Shown here: positions 1 to 10,200 of the stretch, piece by piece
How positions within the stretch are numbered: the stretch's first letter is position 1
Layout: the number at the start of each line of letters is the position of its first letter
From: Phycisphaeraceae bacterium
GTDB lineage: Bacteria; Planctomycetota; Phycisphaerae; Phycisphaerales; Phycisphaeraceae
Direction: 5' to 3'
Assembly: GCA_963674705.1 (NCBI GenBank)
Contig: OY771506.1
Coordinates: forward strand, 3,456,001-3,520,000
DNA length: 64,000 nucleotides
Notes under the pieces: generated by a model
The model's database searches: none
Seen by the model: only the letters and a program-made list of their open reading frames with translations
Told to the model about the DNA's origin: nothing
Translations under genes and position numbers: made by a program

Positions 1-27
1 CGTAAGAATAAATAGCAGGGTTCGCAT
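1..27 (-). CDS. 5' end of a gene running off the window (MRTLLFILT..., possible signal peptide)
   Basis: Minus-strand ATG at 27 preceded by GGAGG (32-36); hydrophobic start. Confidence 0.5.
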
Positions 28-109
28 AGGGCCTCCGGATTGGAGAATGAATACGTATTATAGCTGGTGGTACTTCAAAAACAATAAAACAATCTTCACA
101 ATTCGGCAA

Positions 110-373
110 TTACGACAGCAGCAGGTAACAACTGCAAGCTACCTGTAGCACCACAATTCCCCAGTAAACCAACTGAAACGACCGCTTCACCGTCTTGTGT
201 CGGAACAGTTGTTGTGCAACCAGCGCTGCGGGTGATCCGCCGATCAGTGCTAAAACATGCAGCGTCGACTCACGCACGCGCCACATCTTTTTACGCGCAG
301 CATACTTGTCATAGCCGAACACTAGAAACGTGGCTGTATTGATGATGAGTAGGTAGATGAAAAGGTAATACAT
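110..373 (-). CDS. DUF1294 (YsdA-like) membrane protein
   Basis: Motifs GYDKYAA..WRVRESTLH..ALIGGSP..QQLFRHKTVK typical of DUF1294. Confidence 0.9.
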   Translation of the reverse strand: MYYLFIYLLIINTATFLVFGYDKYAARKKMWRVRESTLHVLALIGGSPAALVAQQLFRHKTVKRSFQLVYWGIVVLQVACSCYLLLS

Positions 374-480
374 TTATGATTCAGGATGCATGGTTCATGA
401 TATTTTCAGTGTCAAATGTTCATAGGCGTCTTCGCTACAAATTAAATCATAAAACAGAACCTCACAAACCATAGACAAAC

Positions 481-509
481 AAAAAACCCGCCGAATGACC
501 AGCGGGTTT
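481..509 (-). terminator. Intrinsic terminator downstream of PEP-CTERM gene
   Basis: AAACCCGC-N10-GCGGGTTT stem; the A-run at 481-486 is a U-tract on the minus strand. Confidence 0.75.
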
Positions 510-536
510 ATCGATTCCGGATGTTGATCATTTCCA

Positions 537-1337
537 TCAACGCCTTCGCGAAATGATCAACAGCCCCGCCAGGCCCGACAGTGCGATCGAAGCCGGTTCA
601 GGGACCAGAGAATCTACCGAGCCCACATCAACCGACACGCTACCGGTAAACGTGCTGAAGGCGTCTGCGTAAGCGGGGGCCCAGCCCGAGCCGGTGCTCA
701 GGCTCATCGCGATGTGCACGATATCACCATCATTGACGATCACACTGAGGCTATCCGTCTGAATCAGTGCGGGGTCCGTGAGGGTGGAACCCAGTTCTGT
801 GCTGGCTAGTACTCCACCATACTCGTAGTAGTTAGCGAGATAAGGATCAAAGATGATGTCTTCTTGAAGAATCATCGCTGCGCCGTAGACGCGCGCCCAT
901 GTATCGCCGGGGCGATAAAGGTCGGCGGTCAATGTCATGTCGAACGTGAGTGTCGCGCCATCCGGGCCGGAATATTGCAGCGGGATAATACCCATCGCCG
1001 TACTACTGGCTGCGGTCTGGCCCGTGGCCGGCGTGCTGATCGACTTCAGCAGCGGCGCCAAACCCGACAGATTGGAGAACGACTGACCCGTTCCCCGGTT
1101 ATCCGAAAAATACGCCATCGATGTGATCCCGCCCGGATTCTCATCTGTCATACCGATGTAATCCGTCCAGATGCCTGAACCTAGGTAAGCGGTATACGTA
1201 CTGGCGGAGCAGGCTGAACCCCACGAAGGCAGCGCTATCATCGCTTCGCTTGCTTGTGTGGCCGTAACCGATGCAGCCATGAACACTGCTCCACACACAA
1301 ATGACTTGCATAACTTCGAAGTGATCGACATGTTCAT
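537..1337 (-). CDS. PEP-CTERM sorting domain-containing secreted protein
   Basis: Signal-like N-terminus; C-terminal VPEPASIALSGLAGLLIISRRR; AGGAGG upstream. Confidence 0.9.
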   Translation of the reverse strand: MNMSITSKLCKSFVCGAVFMAASVTATQASEAMIALPSWGSACSASTYTAYLGSGIWTDYIGMTDENPGGITSMAYFSDNRGTGQSFSNLSGLAPLLKSISTPATGQTAASSTAMGIIPLQYSGPDGATLTFDMTLTADLYRPGDTWARVYGAAMILQEDIIFDPYLANYYEYGGVLASTELGSTLTDPALIQTDSLSVIVNDGDIVHIAMSLSTGSGWAPAYADAFSTFTGSVSVDVGSVDSLVPEPASIALSGLAGLLIISRRR

Positions 1338-1646
1338 CCTCCTTGTAGTTGATAGGCGATAACCAGACGTCTCAATACCGTCTGCACGTAAAAACCAATG
1401 GACCGAAGTCCAAGGTACTACTGCACGTCGTAATGAAACTGCTGGTGTCCCTCGATATGACTTTCGGGAGGTCCACCCCTCACTTTGCCGATTAAGGCAG
1501 CAATCAGCGTAACAGATGAAGACTGAATGTCCACAATATTCAGCATCAATATGTCTGAATATTCAAATATAAGCTGCCCCCTCACGGCCCGGATACGCGC
1601 ATGCAACAGCTAGCCGGCTTATTCCTCAATCATTTAACTAAAAGAA

Positions 1647-2219
1647 TCAGCTAAGCCCGATCGTCACCGGCACGGGCTGCGGCTTTACTTCGTGGGTCGG
1701 CTGTACGGCAATATTCAGCGGGACGCGTTTGCCATCCGGGCCCTTCGGCGGGATGCCGTCGTTGTCGATGATGCGCTGGATCGCCATGATCCCTTCGATC
1801 AGCGTCTCCGGCCGCGGCGGGCAGCCCGGCACATAAACATCCACCGGCACAAACTGGTCGATCCCCTGGACCACGGCATAGGTATCAAACACACCGCCGG
1901 TGCTCGCACACGCACCCATCGAGATCACCCACTTCGGCTCGGTGATCTGCTGGTAGATCCTTTGCAGAACGGGCAGCATCTTCACGCTCACGCGGCCGGC
2001 CACGATCATCAGGTCAGCCTGACGCGGGCTGAAACGCATGACCTCTGCGCCAAACCGCGCCAGGTCGTACCGGCTGGACGCCGTCGCCATCAACTCGATC
2101 CCGCAGCAAGCGGTCGCAAACGGCATGGGCCAGACGGCCGAGCGCCGGGACCAGTTGATCAGCTTCTTGATTTGCGTCGTATAGATCGCGTCTGTGGGGA
2201 GTGCTGCTTCGATGCCCAT
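1647..2219 (-). CDS. nuoB: NADH-quinone oxidoreductase subunit B
   Basis: [35 protein letters not shown]. Confidence 0.97.
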   Translation of the reverse strand: MGIEAALPTDAIYTTQIKKLINWSRRSAVWPMPFATACCGIELMATASSRYDLARFGAEVMRFSPRQADLMIVAGRVSVKMLPVLQRIYQQITEPKWVISMGACASTGGVFDTYAVVQGIDQFVPVDVYVPGCPPRPETLIEGIMAIQRIIDNDGIPPKGPDGKRVPLNIAVQPTHEVKPQPVPVTIGLS

Positions 2220-2413
2220 AGGGTCGGGTCCGGGATTCGGGGTTCACGTTGGATCAGGGCCAAAACCAATACTACCGCCCGGAAGTTATCGGCCCAATCT
2301 CGGCGTCGTATAAACCGCCCGCCAATCGTCAAAATAGTAGGCGATCACAGCCTTTAAGTAAAAGGCCAAGGTTTTGGGACCAATCCATCCGCCAATCCAG
2401 CCATTGACCGCAC

Positions 2414-3709
2414 ATGGTCGATATTCAGACTATGCGCCTGCCTTACCAGGACAATACGAACAAGCTGCCCCTGAGTATCCCGACCCGGCTCGCGGTCTTC
2501 AGCGACGATTGGGGGCGCCATCCTTCCAGCAGCCAGCACCTGATCCGTGAACTGCTCTGGTACAACAAGATCTGCTGCCGGCAGGGCTGTGCGGGATGCC
2601 GGGAGTACCAGGTCGTTTGGGTGAACACGCTCGGTACCCGCACACCCGAACTCTCTCGAGCCGACCTGGTCCGGGCCGCAGGCAAGCTCCGATCCTGGGT
2701 TAATCCCCCGAACGCAAAACCTCAGCAGGACAGCGAATTCGGCAGCGACCTGAAAATCGTCAGCCCCAAGATGTGGCCCGGCTTCCGACGCCCCTGGCAA
2801 CGCAGGCTCAACGCCGCGACCATCCAGTGGCACGTCGAGGATGCCCTCGGCCGCCGCAGCGATGAAGAGCGTATCGCCATCACGACAATACCGATCACCG
2901 CAGACCTCGTCGGCCGGCTCGATGTCGACCGCTGGATCTACTACTGCGTCGATGACTTCTCCCAATGGCCCGGCCTCGACAGCCAGGTCATGCAAGCCAT
3001 GGAAGCGGAACTGGTCGCGAAGGTGGACGACATCATCACCGTGTCGCAGACGCTTCAGGACCGCATCACCCAGCTTGGCCGCGAATCCACCCTCATCACG
3101 CACGGCATCGACACCAGCCATTGGAAAAAAACACCTGCCCCCGCAAACCGGCCCGCCAGCTTCCCGGCTGCAAACAAGCCCGTGGCTCTTTTCTGGGGCC
3201 TGATCGATCAGCGTCTGGATATGGCCTGGTGCAAGGAACTCGCCCAAGCTATGGCCGTGCACGGCGGATCGCTCATCCTCGCAGGCCCGCAGCAATCGCC
3301 CGACCCTGCGCTTGCCAATCTCCCGGCCACCATTTTCCCCGGCAGGATCGCCTACGAAGACCTGCCGAACTGGGCCGCCCACGCTGATGTACTCGTCATG
3401 CCTTACACGGATGCCCCGGTTACCCGTGCGATGCAGCCATTGAAGCTTAAGGAATACCTCGCGACGATGAAGCCCGTCGTTGTCCGCGATCTGCCTGCTA
3501 CCCGCTTATGGTGCGATGCAGCAGATGTCGTCTCGGATAGCGCTACCTTCACACAGCGCATCATCGATCGGCTCGATACAGGCCTGCCCGAGCAGCAAGC
3601 CCATGCTCGCCAACGTCTTACGCAGGAAAAATGGTCGATCAAAGCCGATCAGCTAAAAGCCGTCCTCAATACCAAGCTACTACCCAAGCAAGCAAAGCTC
3701 GCAGCATGA
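2414..3709 (+). CDS. GT-B fold glycosyltransferase (TuaH-like); start may be 2432
   Basis: VFSDDWGRHPSS, YYCVDDF, MQPLKLKEYLATMKPVV. Confidence 0.85.
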   Translation: MVDIQTMRLPYQDNTNKLPLSIPTRLAVFSDDWGRHPSSSQHLIRELLWYNKICCRQGCAGCREYQVVWVNTLGTRTPELSRADLVRAAGKLRSWVNPPNAKPQQDSEFGSDLKIVSPKMWPGFRRPWQRRLNAATIQWHVEDALGRRSDEERIAITTIPITADLVGRLDVDRWIYYCVDDFSQWPGLDSQVMQAMEAELVAKVDDIITVSQTLQDRITQLGRESTLITHGIDTSHWKKTPAPANRPASFPAANKPVALFWGLIDQRLDMAWCKELAQAMAVHGGSLILAGPQQSPDPALANLPATIFPGRIAYEDLPNWAAHADVLVMPYTDAPVTRAMQPLKLKEYLATMKPVVVRDLPATRLWCDAADVVSDSATFTQRIIDRLDTGLPEQQAHARQRLTQEKWSIKADQLKAVLNTKLLPKQAKLAA

Positions 3710-4338
3710 CAGCACAAGCATCATCCAACCCGGCTTCGATCGCCAAAACCGTCGGCCGCACTGCCGGGCTGTTCCTGGCGATCCCGACGATGCTTGGTTA
3801 TGCCGTAGCGTCACGTTTGCTGGGTAGGCAGCGTGCCTTCGCCTTGGCGAGTGAACGCCTCGCCGTCCGCAGTGGACAACTCGGTATCTACATCCGCCAG
3901 GCTTTCTACCGTCACACCACCGCAGGCATCGGCCGGGATGTTTGCTTCGGTTTCATGAGTGTATTCAGCAAACCAACAGTCCGCATCGGGCAGCGCGTCT
4001 ACATCGGCAGGTTCTGCTCCATCGGCTGGGCCGACATCCACGACGACGTCATGCTCGCCGACGGCGTGCAGGTCCTGTCAGGCAGACACCAGCACGGTTC
4101 AACTGCCGAACAAGGCCAACTGCTCCGCGACAACGCTCAGCAATACCAGAAAATCACCATCGACCGGGGCGCATGGATCGGCGCCGGCGCGATCATCATG
4201 GCGGATGTGGGGGAGGGGGCCGTCGTCGCTGCGGGAGCGGTCGTTGTCAAGCCTGTCCCGGCCTATGCCAAGGTCGCCGGCGTACCCGCCAGGCCGATCG
4301 AATCTCAGGCTGATTCGCACATCCACCTCGCCGCCTGA
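3706..4338 (+). CDS. Hexapeptide-repeat (LbH) O-acyltransferase
   Basis: IGQRVYIG, WIGAGAIIMADVGEGAVVAAGAVV, VAGVPARPI; ATGA overlap with the glycosyltransferase stop. Confidence 0.88.
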   Translation: MTAQASSNPASIAKTVGRTAGLFLAIPTMLGYAVASRLLGRQRAFALASERLAVRSGQLGIYIRQAFYRHTTAGIGRDVCFGFMSVFSKPTVRIGQRVYIGRFCSIGWADIHDDVMLADGVQVLSGRHQHGSTAEQGQLLRDNAQQYQKITIDRGAWIGAGAIIMADVGEGAVVAAGAVVVKPVPAYAKVAGVPARPIESQADSHIHLAA

Positions 4339-4474
4339 TCGGCTCGCAAACGTCCGATAGCCTTTGTGTTATCTGACCCAAACCTACCGCTTACTTTTTA
4401 ACCCCGACTCCGCCGATACCAATAAGACGCGGTATTGCGCTATCCTTGCGCAGCGGATTGAGAGACAGCAGTTT

Positions 4475-5548
4475 ATGAACCAGACCCGGGTCATCCATCA
4501 CGTTGACGAATCCCTCGCTCAGGAGGTCCGCCGGTTCCTCGATAATGCCCCCGCACACACCGGTGCCTGCCACGAGCACGACCCCGGCTGGCTGACCGTT
4601 CTGCAAGAGGCGATGGGCCACCGCACATTTGTCATCATCGCCCGATCGCAACAGGATCAATCTATCACTGGTTACCTGCCGCTGGCACTGGTCAGCAGTC
4701 GCCTGTTCGGCCGGTTCCTTGTCAGTCTGCCTTACCTCAACCGGGCCGGCATCGTCGCGACCGATCCGCAGGCCCGCGATGAGCTTCTCAATGAAGCCAG
4801 GCAACTCGCGGACAAGTTCAAGGTGCAATACCTCGAATTGCGCAACCACGAATGCACGCTAAACAGCCCGATCATTTCGCATAACCGTGATGAGAAGCAC
4901 CGCATGGTCCTGAAGCTCCCGGCCGACGCCGAGCAACTCTGGGCCGGTTTCAACGCCAAGGTCCGTAACCAGATCCGCAAGGGCGACAAGGCAAACCTCG
5001 CCATCCGCTTCGGCGGTTGCGACCTGCTAGACGACTTCTACAGCGTCTTTTCAACGAATATGCGCGACCTCGGCACACCGGTCTACCCACGCAGCCTGTT
5101 CGAGTCGGTACTGCAAACCTTCGCCGATACCGCCGAACTCGCTGTTGTGCATCACGAAGCTGAACCTGTCGCCGGGGCGCTGCTGATCCACAGCAATCAG
5201 TGCCACTTGCGTGAATCGCAAGTCCCCTCAGCCAGCAGCCTCCGCAGCGCCAAAAGCACCAACGCCAACATGTGGATGTACCACAAGCTGCTGGAACGAG
5301 CGATCGAGCGCGGCGCAACGTCTTTCGACTTCGGCAGATCCAGCCCGGACTCCGGCACGTACCGGTTCAAAAAGCAGTGGGGGGCTGAGCCTTTGCCCAC
5401 CGTCTGGCAATACTATTTGAGGTTCGGCGATGTCGGTGCGGTACGCCCGGACAACCCGAAGTATCAACGCCGTATCGCGGCCTGGCAACGCCTGCCCGTA
5501 TGGGTGACCCGGTTGGTCGGTCCCAGAATCGTTAGAGGTATCCCTTGA
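4475..5548 (+). CDS. FemAB-family PEP-CTERM/exosortase system-associated protein
   Basis: LFGRFLVSLPY, YLELR, NMRDLGTPVY, FDFGRSSPDSGTYRFKKQWG; adjacent to exosortase. Confidence 0.9.
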   Translation: MNQTRVIHHVDESLAQEVRRFLDNAPAHTGACHEHDPGWLTVLQEAMGHRTFVIIARSQQDQSITGYLPLALVSSRLFGRFLVSLPYLNRAGIVATDPQARDELLNEARQLADKFKVQYLELRNHECTLNSPIISHNRDEKHRMVLKLPADAEQLWAGFNAKVRNQIRKGDKANLAIRFGGCDLLDDFYSVFSTNMRDLGTPVYPRSLFESVLQTFADTAELAVVHHEAEPVAGALLIHSNQCHLRESQVPSASSLRSAKSTNANMWMYHKLLERAIERGATSFDFGRSSPDSGTYRFKKQWGAEPLPTVWQYYLRFGDVGAVRPDNPKYQRRIAAWQRLPVWVTRLVGPRIVRGIP

Positions 5549-7230
5549 GCGAACTCGACAACAACCAGCCCGAGCTGAACGCCCAGAGCGAACGCACACC
5601 GCTGACGCCTGCTGCGATCCTCGGCCTGCTCATCACGCTGCTGCTGCTCGCAGGCGCGTGGTACGGCACGTTCACACGCATCTGGTCGCAATGGTTCCCC
5701 GGCTGGTGGATGCGCGACCTGCCGTTGCTCGACCGACTCACCACCGGCGATTCCTACTACACCCACGGCCCGCTGGTCCCGATCGTCTCGCTTGCCGTCG
5801 CTTACTACATCTATGCTCGTGTTGGCATGCCGACCAAACGCACGCGAGCTTCAGCTTTCATTGGCTGGGCGGTCTTCCTCTTCTTCCTGCTCACACACCT
5901 GCTGTTCACCTTTGCCAGCGTGACCTTCGCCTCAGGCTTCGCGCTATTGGGCGTCATCACCGGCCTGGTCATCATCTGGGGCGGTAAGCCGCTGCTCAAA
6001 GCCTACGCGCTGCCGATCGCGCTGCTGTTTTTCATGATCCCGCTGCCGCTGGCGTGGATCGATGGGATCAATTTTGAACTCAAGGTTTTCGCCACAAAGA
6101 GCGCGCTGTGGCTGGCGATCCATGTCTTCCGCATCCCCGCCGTGGTTGATGGCAGCTATGTGCTCTTAGCCCCGGATGCCGACGGCCTGCCCAAGACGCT
6201 CGTGGTTGAGAATGTCTGCGGTGGCCTGCGCAGTATCATCGCGCTGACCTACTTCGCGGCCCTCTTCGCGGCGCTGTGTCGCGTAACCGGCCTCTGGCGG
6301 TGGGTCTTGCTTGTCCTCGCGTTCCCCGTCGCTATCGCATGCAACATCACACGCATCACTTCGCTCGTCGTCGCGGCGCATCATCTTGGCACCGATGCGG
6401 CGGGTGAGCACGGCTGGTTCCACGATATCTCCGGCATCCTCGTCTTCGCTCTGGCGCTGGGTTTTATGTTCGCGCTGGAGTCGGCGATCCTCTACACAGG
6501 CAAATTCCTCAAACGTGATTGGTCCGATGCCCGCCTGCTCGGTTACCTGAACAATATCCATGGCGTCAAAGGCTTTACGCCCAGCACGCGCAATCCGGTG
6601 GTACTCGGTGTACTCGCGTTGTCCGTGGTGCTGTGCATGTACTGGGTCAACCGTCCAGAGCCGGCGCCGATGGGCGGCGTCGCCAAGCAGGTCCTGCCCG
6701 CCTCGATCGATCTGGGGGATGCGACCTACACCAGCAGCGAGTTAATGCTGGAGGATCAGGTCCTGGCGATCCTCGAAACCGATGACTACTTCTACCGACG
6801 GTTTACCCCCGAGTATCAGTCCGACCGGCTGAACTTCGACCTGCTGATCGTCTTCAGCAAAAACAACCGCCGAGGCACGCACTCGCCCGAGTTGTGCATC
6901 CAGGGCAGCGGCGAGCGCATCCTCGACAAGGGGCCCATCACCGTGGAACTGGCCGACGGCCGGTCGCTGGACATGCGTGAAGTCGTCAGCCAGGACAACC
7001 GGCGGATGGTCTACTACCTCTACGTCTTCAAGTCCGGCGACAGCTACACCACCAACTACACCATGCAGCAGGCGATGATCCTTCTGCACGGCCTGATCAA
7101 CCGCGAAACCTCCGGCGCGCTGATCCGACTCACCGTCCCGGTACGCAACGACGACCTCGACGCCGCACGACAACTGGCATTACAGGCTGCCTCGCAGATG
7201 ATGCCTATCATTGATAAGAACCTGCCTTAA
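5545..7230 (+). CDS. Exosortase (EpsH family) fused to a C-terminal EpsI domain
   Basis: YYTHGPLVP, multiple TM helices, catalytic Cys (ENVCGGLRS), Arg (NITRI), His (WFHD); EpsI-like HSPELCIQGSG. Confidence 0.9.
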   Translation: MSELDNNQPELNAQSERTPLTPAAILGLLITLLLLAGAWYGTFTRIWSQWFPGWWMRDLPLLDRLTTGDSYYTHGPLVPIVSLAVAYYIYARVGMPTKRTRASAFIGWAVFLFFLLTHLLFTFASVTFASGFALLGVITGLVIIWGGKPLLKAYALPIALLFFMIPLPLAWIDGINFELKVFATKSALWLAIHVFRIPAVVDGSYVLLAPDADGLPKTLVVENVCGGLRSIIALTYFAALFAALCRVTGLWRWVLLVLAFPVAIACNITRITSLVVAAHHLGTDAAGEHGWFHDISGILVFALALGFMFALESAILYTGKFLKRDWSDARLLGYLNNIHGVKGFTPSTRNPVVLGVLALSVVLCMYWVNRPEPAPMGGVAKQVLPASIDLGDATYTSSELMLEDQVLAILETDDYFYRRFTPEYQSDRLNFDLLIVFSKNNRRGTHSPELCIQGSGERILDKGPITVELADGRSLDMREVVSQDNRRMVYYLYVFKSGDSYTTNYTMQQAMILLHGLINRETSGALIRLTVPVRNDDLDAARQLALQAASQMMPIIDKNLP

Positions 7231-7270
7231 ACAAAACCGCCGACCCGGATACCCCGGTCAGGAGTGATTC

Positions 7271-10200
7271 ATGACGACGTTTGACCGCAAACAACCGCAG
7301 CAACATACACACACACTGTTAGCCGGTGTCGTGCTCATGTTCTGCTTCCTCGCGCTTGCCGGCTGCGGTGAGAACGACGACCTCAAACTCGAACAGGCAA
7401 GAATCGCCCTGGCTAACGAAAAACCCGACCGCGCTATCCTGCTCGTGGACCAGGTGCTGGTTAACGATCCGGCCAACTTTGATGCACGGCTCATCCAGGC
7501 AAAATCACAGATCGCGTTGGATAGACTCGGACCCGCCAAGCTCACACTCGACCGCCTGCAACGCGAAAAAGCCGATGACCCGCAACTCGCCGAAGCACTG
7601 CTCGATTGGTCAACCAAGACACTTGATACGGTACTTGATAATCCCGCCTTTGCGATCACCCAAGCCGACCGCGAGACTTACGAAGAGGCGATGCAGACCG
7701 CGTCTGCCCAGCTACCGATCCTGCAAAAACTCGGCGGTTCGGAAGCGGACGTCCTGTTTATCAAGGCGCAACTGACCAACGGCGAGTTACGCCACGCCCG
7801 GATCATGATCAAGCATACGCAGCGTATGATCGATCAGTTCGGCCCCGATGCGGTAGTAGAAAGCGCTACGGCAGATGGTCAAGACAATCCCGAGCAAGAA
7901 CCCGTCACCTACGCCGATCAGCTTAAGCAATATCAAGCGGTAGAGGAAAACGCGCTTGATCGGATGCTCAGTGAACTCGAGGGCGTGCTCAAGATCAAGC
8001 CCGATCACCTTCAGGCCGCGAGTCTTTTCCTGCGCACCGCCGCACTCGAATCACGCTGGGAAAGGCTGCTGACTCAAATCAAAGCCTTCAGTGAACAGGC
8101 GGACCTGCCTGTCCCAATCGCCTCGCGCTCGGTCACCATGCTTCTGGCAATGCCGAACGAATTGATAGCACTTGATGAGCGGATCAAGCTTGGTGAAGCG
8201 GTCCTGCGGGCGACCCCTGCGGATCAAGCCGACGCCGAGGGCAGACTGATCTCAAGCGCTCACCTCCTGTTTGCTTCCAACCAGGTTGAAAAAGCGCTGC
8301 CCATCCTCGCCAAGTTGGTTGAGGGAGGTACCGAAAACGCAAACGCCTACATGCTCTATGCACAGGCACTCTACGACACCGGAGATTACGAAACCTGCCG
8401 AAAGATCGTCGAAATGATGATGCCCGAAATGGCGGGTGTCTCGGAAGTTCAACGGCTCTACGGCCTGACGCTCTGGCGGGTCGGTGAAATCACCCAGGCA
8501 AAAACCGCTCTGCGCGAAGCCTGCCGGCTCGATCCGGATAACACACTCGCCGTCGACGCCTTCACCAGCCTCATGGCGCAGCAGGGCATGCTCAGCGCAA
8601 GCGGTGAAGATGTCGAGGCCTTGTATAAACTCGATCCGGACAACCCGCGCGCCATCCTCTTCAAATTACAACACGCAGCGACCAGCGGTGATCCGCAGCA
8701 GGCCGTCGGCATGATCGACGCGCTGGAAAACAAGGCCGACCATACCGATGAAGAATTGTCCCTGCTCTACACCGCTAACACGATGCTCTCAAGGCATCAC
8801 GCCGCCGAGCAGTGGGCCAAGCGATACATCGAGCGTCATCCGGACGACCAGGAAGCCTGGATGCGCCTCGCCGCCGCACAACTGCGTCAGAACAGCGAAC
8901 TGAGACTCAACCAGACCCTCCAGGCGATCGTGGAGCGTTTCCCGGGGTTGTCTTCCAAAGCGCAACTGACCGGCGAACTCTACCTGCAGACACAGCAGTA
9001 CGAACGGGCCGCCGCCTCGCTTGGTATGGCCTTGGAAGATGACAGTGACAACATCAAACTGCGGATCGAACTCGCACGAGCCTTCGCGGCGATGGCACGG
9101 TTCAACTCCGCGATGGATGAAGTCAATAAGGTTCTCAACGTGGAGCCCGACAACATCCAGGCATTAGCCCTGGCCGCTCGCATCACCGAGACGCGCGGCG
9201 AAAAAGCCAAGGCCGACGAATATCTCAGCAGGATCGACCCGGATAATCCGGACGTCCAAAATGACCCGGCCCTGTTGGCTCAGGTTTATGTCAGTCGTGA
9301 CCAACTCGATGACGCCGAGGCCGTCTGCACCAAGGCCCTCGCCGCCGGCAACGCCTCACCCGTATTACGCCTTGTCCTTGCCGATATTTATCAGCGCAAG
9401 AATGAACCCGAGCGCGCCGAAGAGCACCTTGTCGCTTTGGTTCGCCACTACCCCAACAGCGCCGAAGTCTACGCCTGGCTCGGTCAGTTCTACGCCTCTG
9501 CCGGCAAATTCGATCAAGGGATCGAGAAGCTCAAGAGCGTCGAGGTCTACAACGAATCGCTCGCGATCCTCGCACAGGCCGGCCTGTTACGCGCCGCCAA
9601 CCGGCTCGATGATGCGATCCAGGCATTGGACGCACTGCTTGATCGGCTGATCAGCCGGCGCGACCCGATGGCCCAGACCGTCGCCGACGCCATGGCCAAG
9701 CTCTATGAACAGAAGGGCGATGAACTGGCCGCAGAAGCCGTCTATGATCGGCTCTATCGCCAGCAGGCCGCCGCCACATCCGAGCTGCTCGGTGATGTCA
9801 TCACCTCATGGGACACCGACTCCCCGGCCCAGCGCCTGACCAAACTCGACGCCGCGGCTACACGTGTGCCTTCCGACGACACGCCCGCCATGATCGAACT
9901 GAGCCGGCGCTACACCCTGCTTGGTCGGACCGAAACAGCCCTGTCCATCGTGCAGCGTGCATTAATACAGGCGCCCAATAATATCGAACTGCTCGCCGCC
10001 AAGGCAGGCATCCTCGTGATGACCGGCAAACCCGATGAAGCGCTTGACACCTATCAATTGGCGATCAAACAGGCGCCAAGCGACAAGACATTGCGCATCC
10101 GTTACGCACGCGCATTGTCCGCGAATGGCCAGCGGCCCGAAGCCGAGGACGAACTGTCGCTGCTGATCCGAGAAGGCGGTGACGCATCCCTCAAAGCGCG

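Noticed and set aside
1600..1620. Sigma54 promoter for the PEP-CTERM gene
   Set aside because: GG and GC are spaced by 9 nt rather than 10
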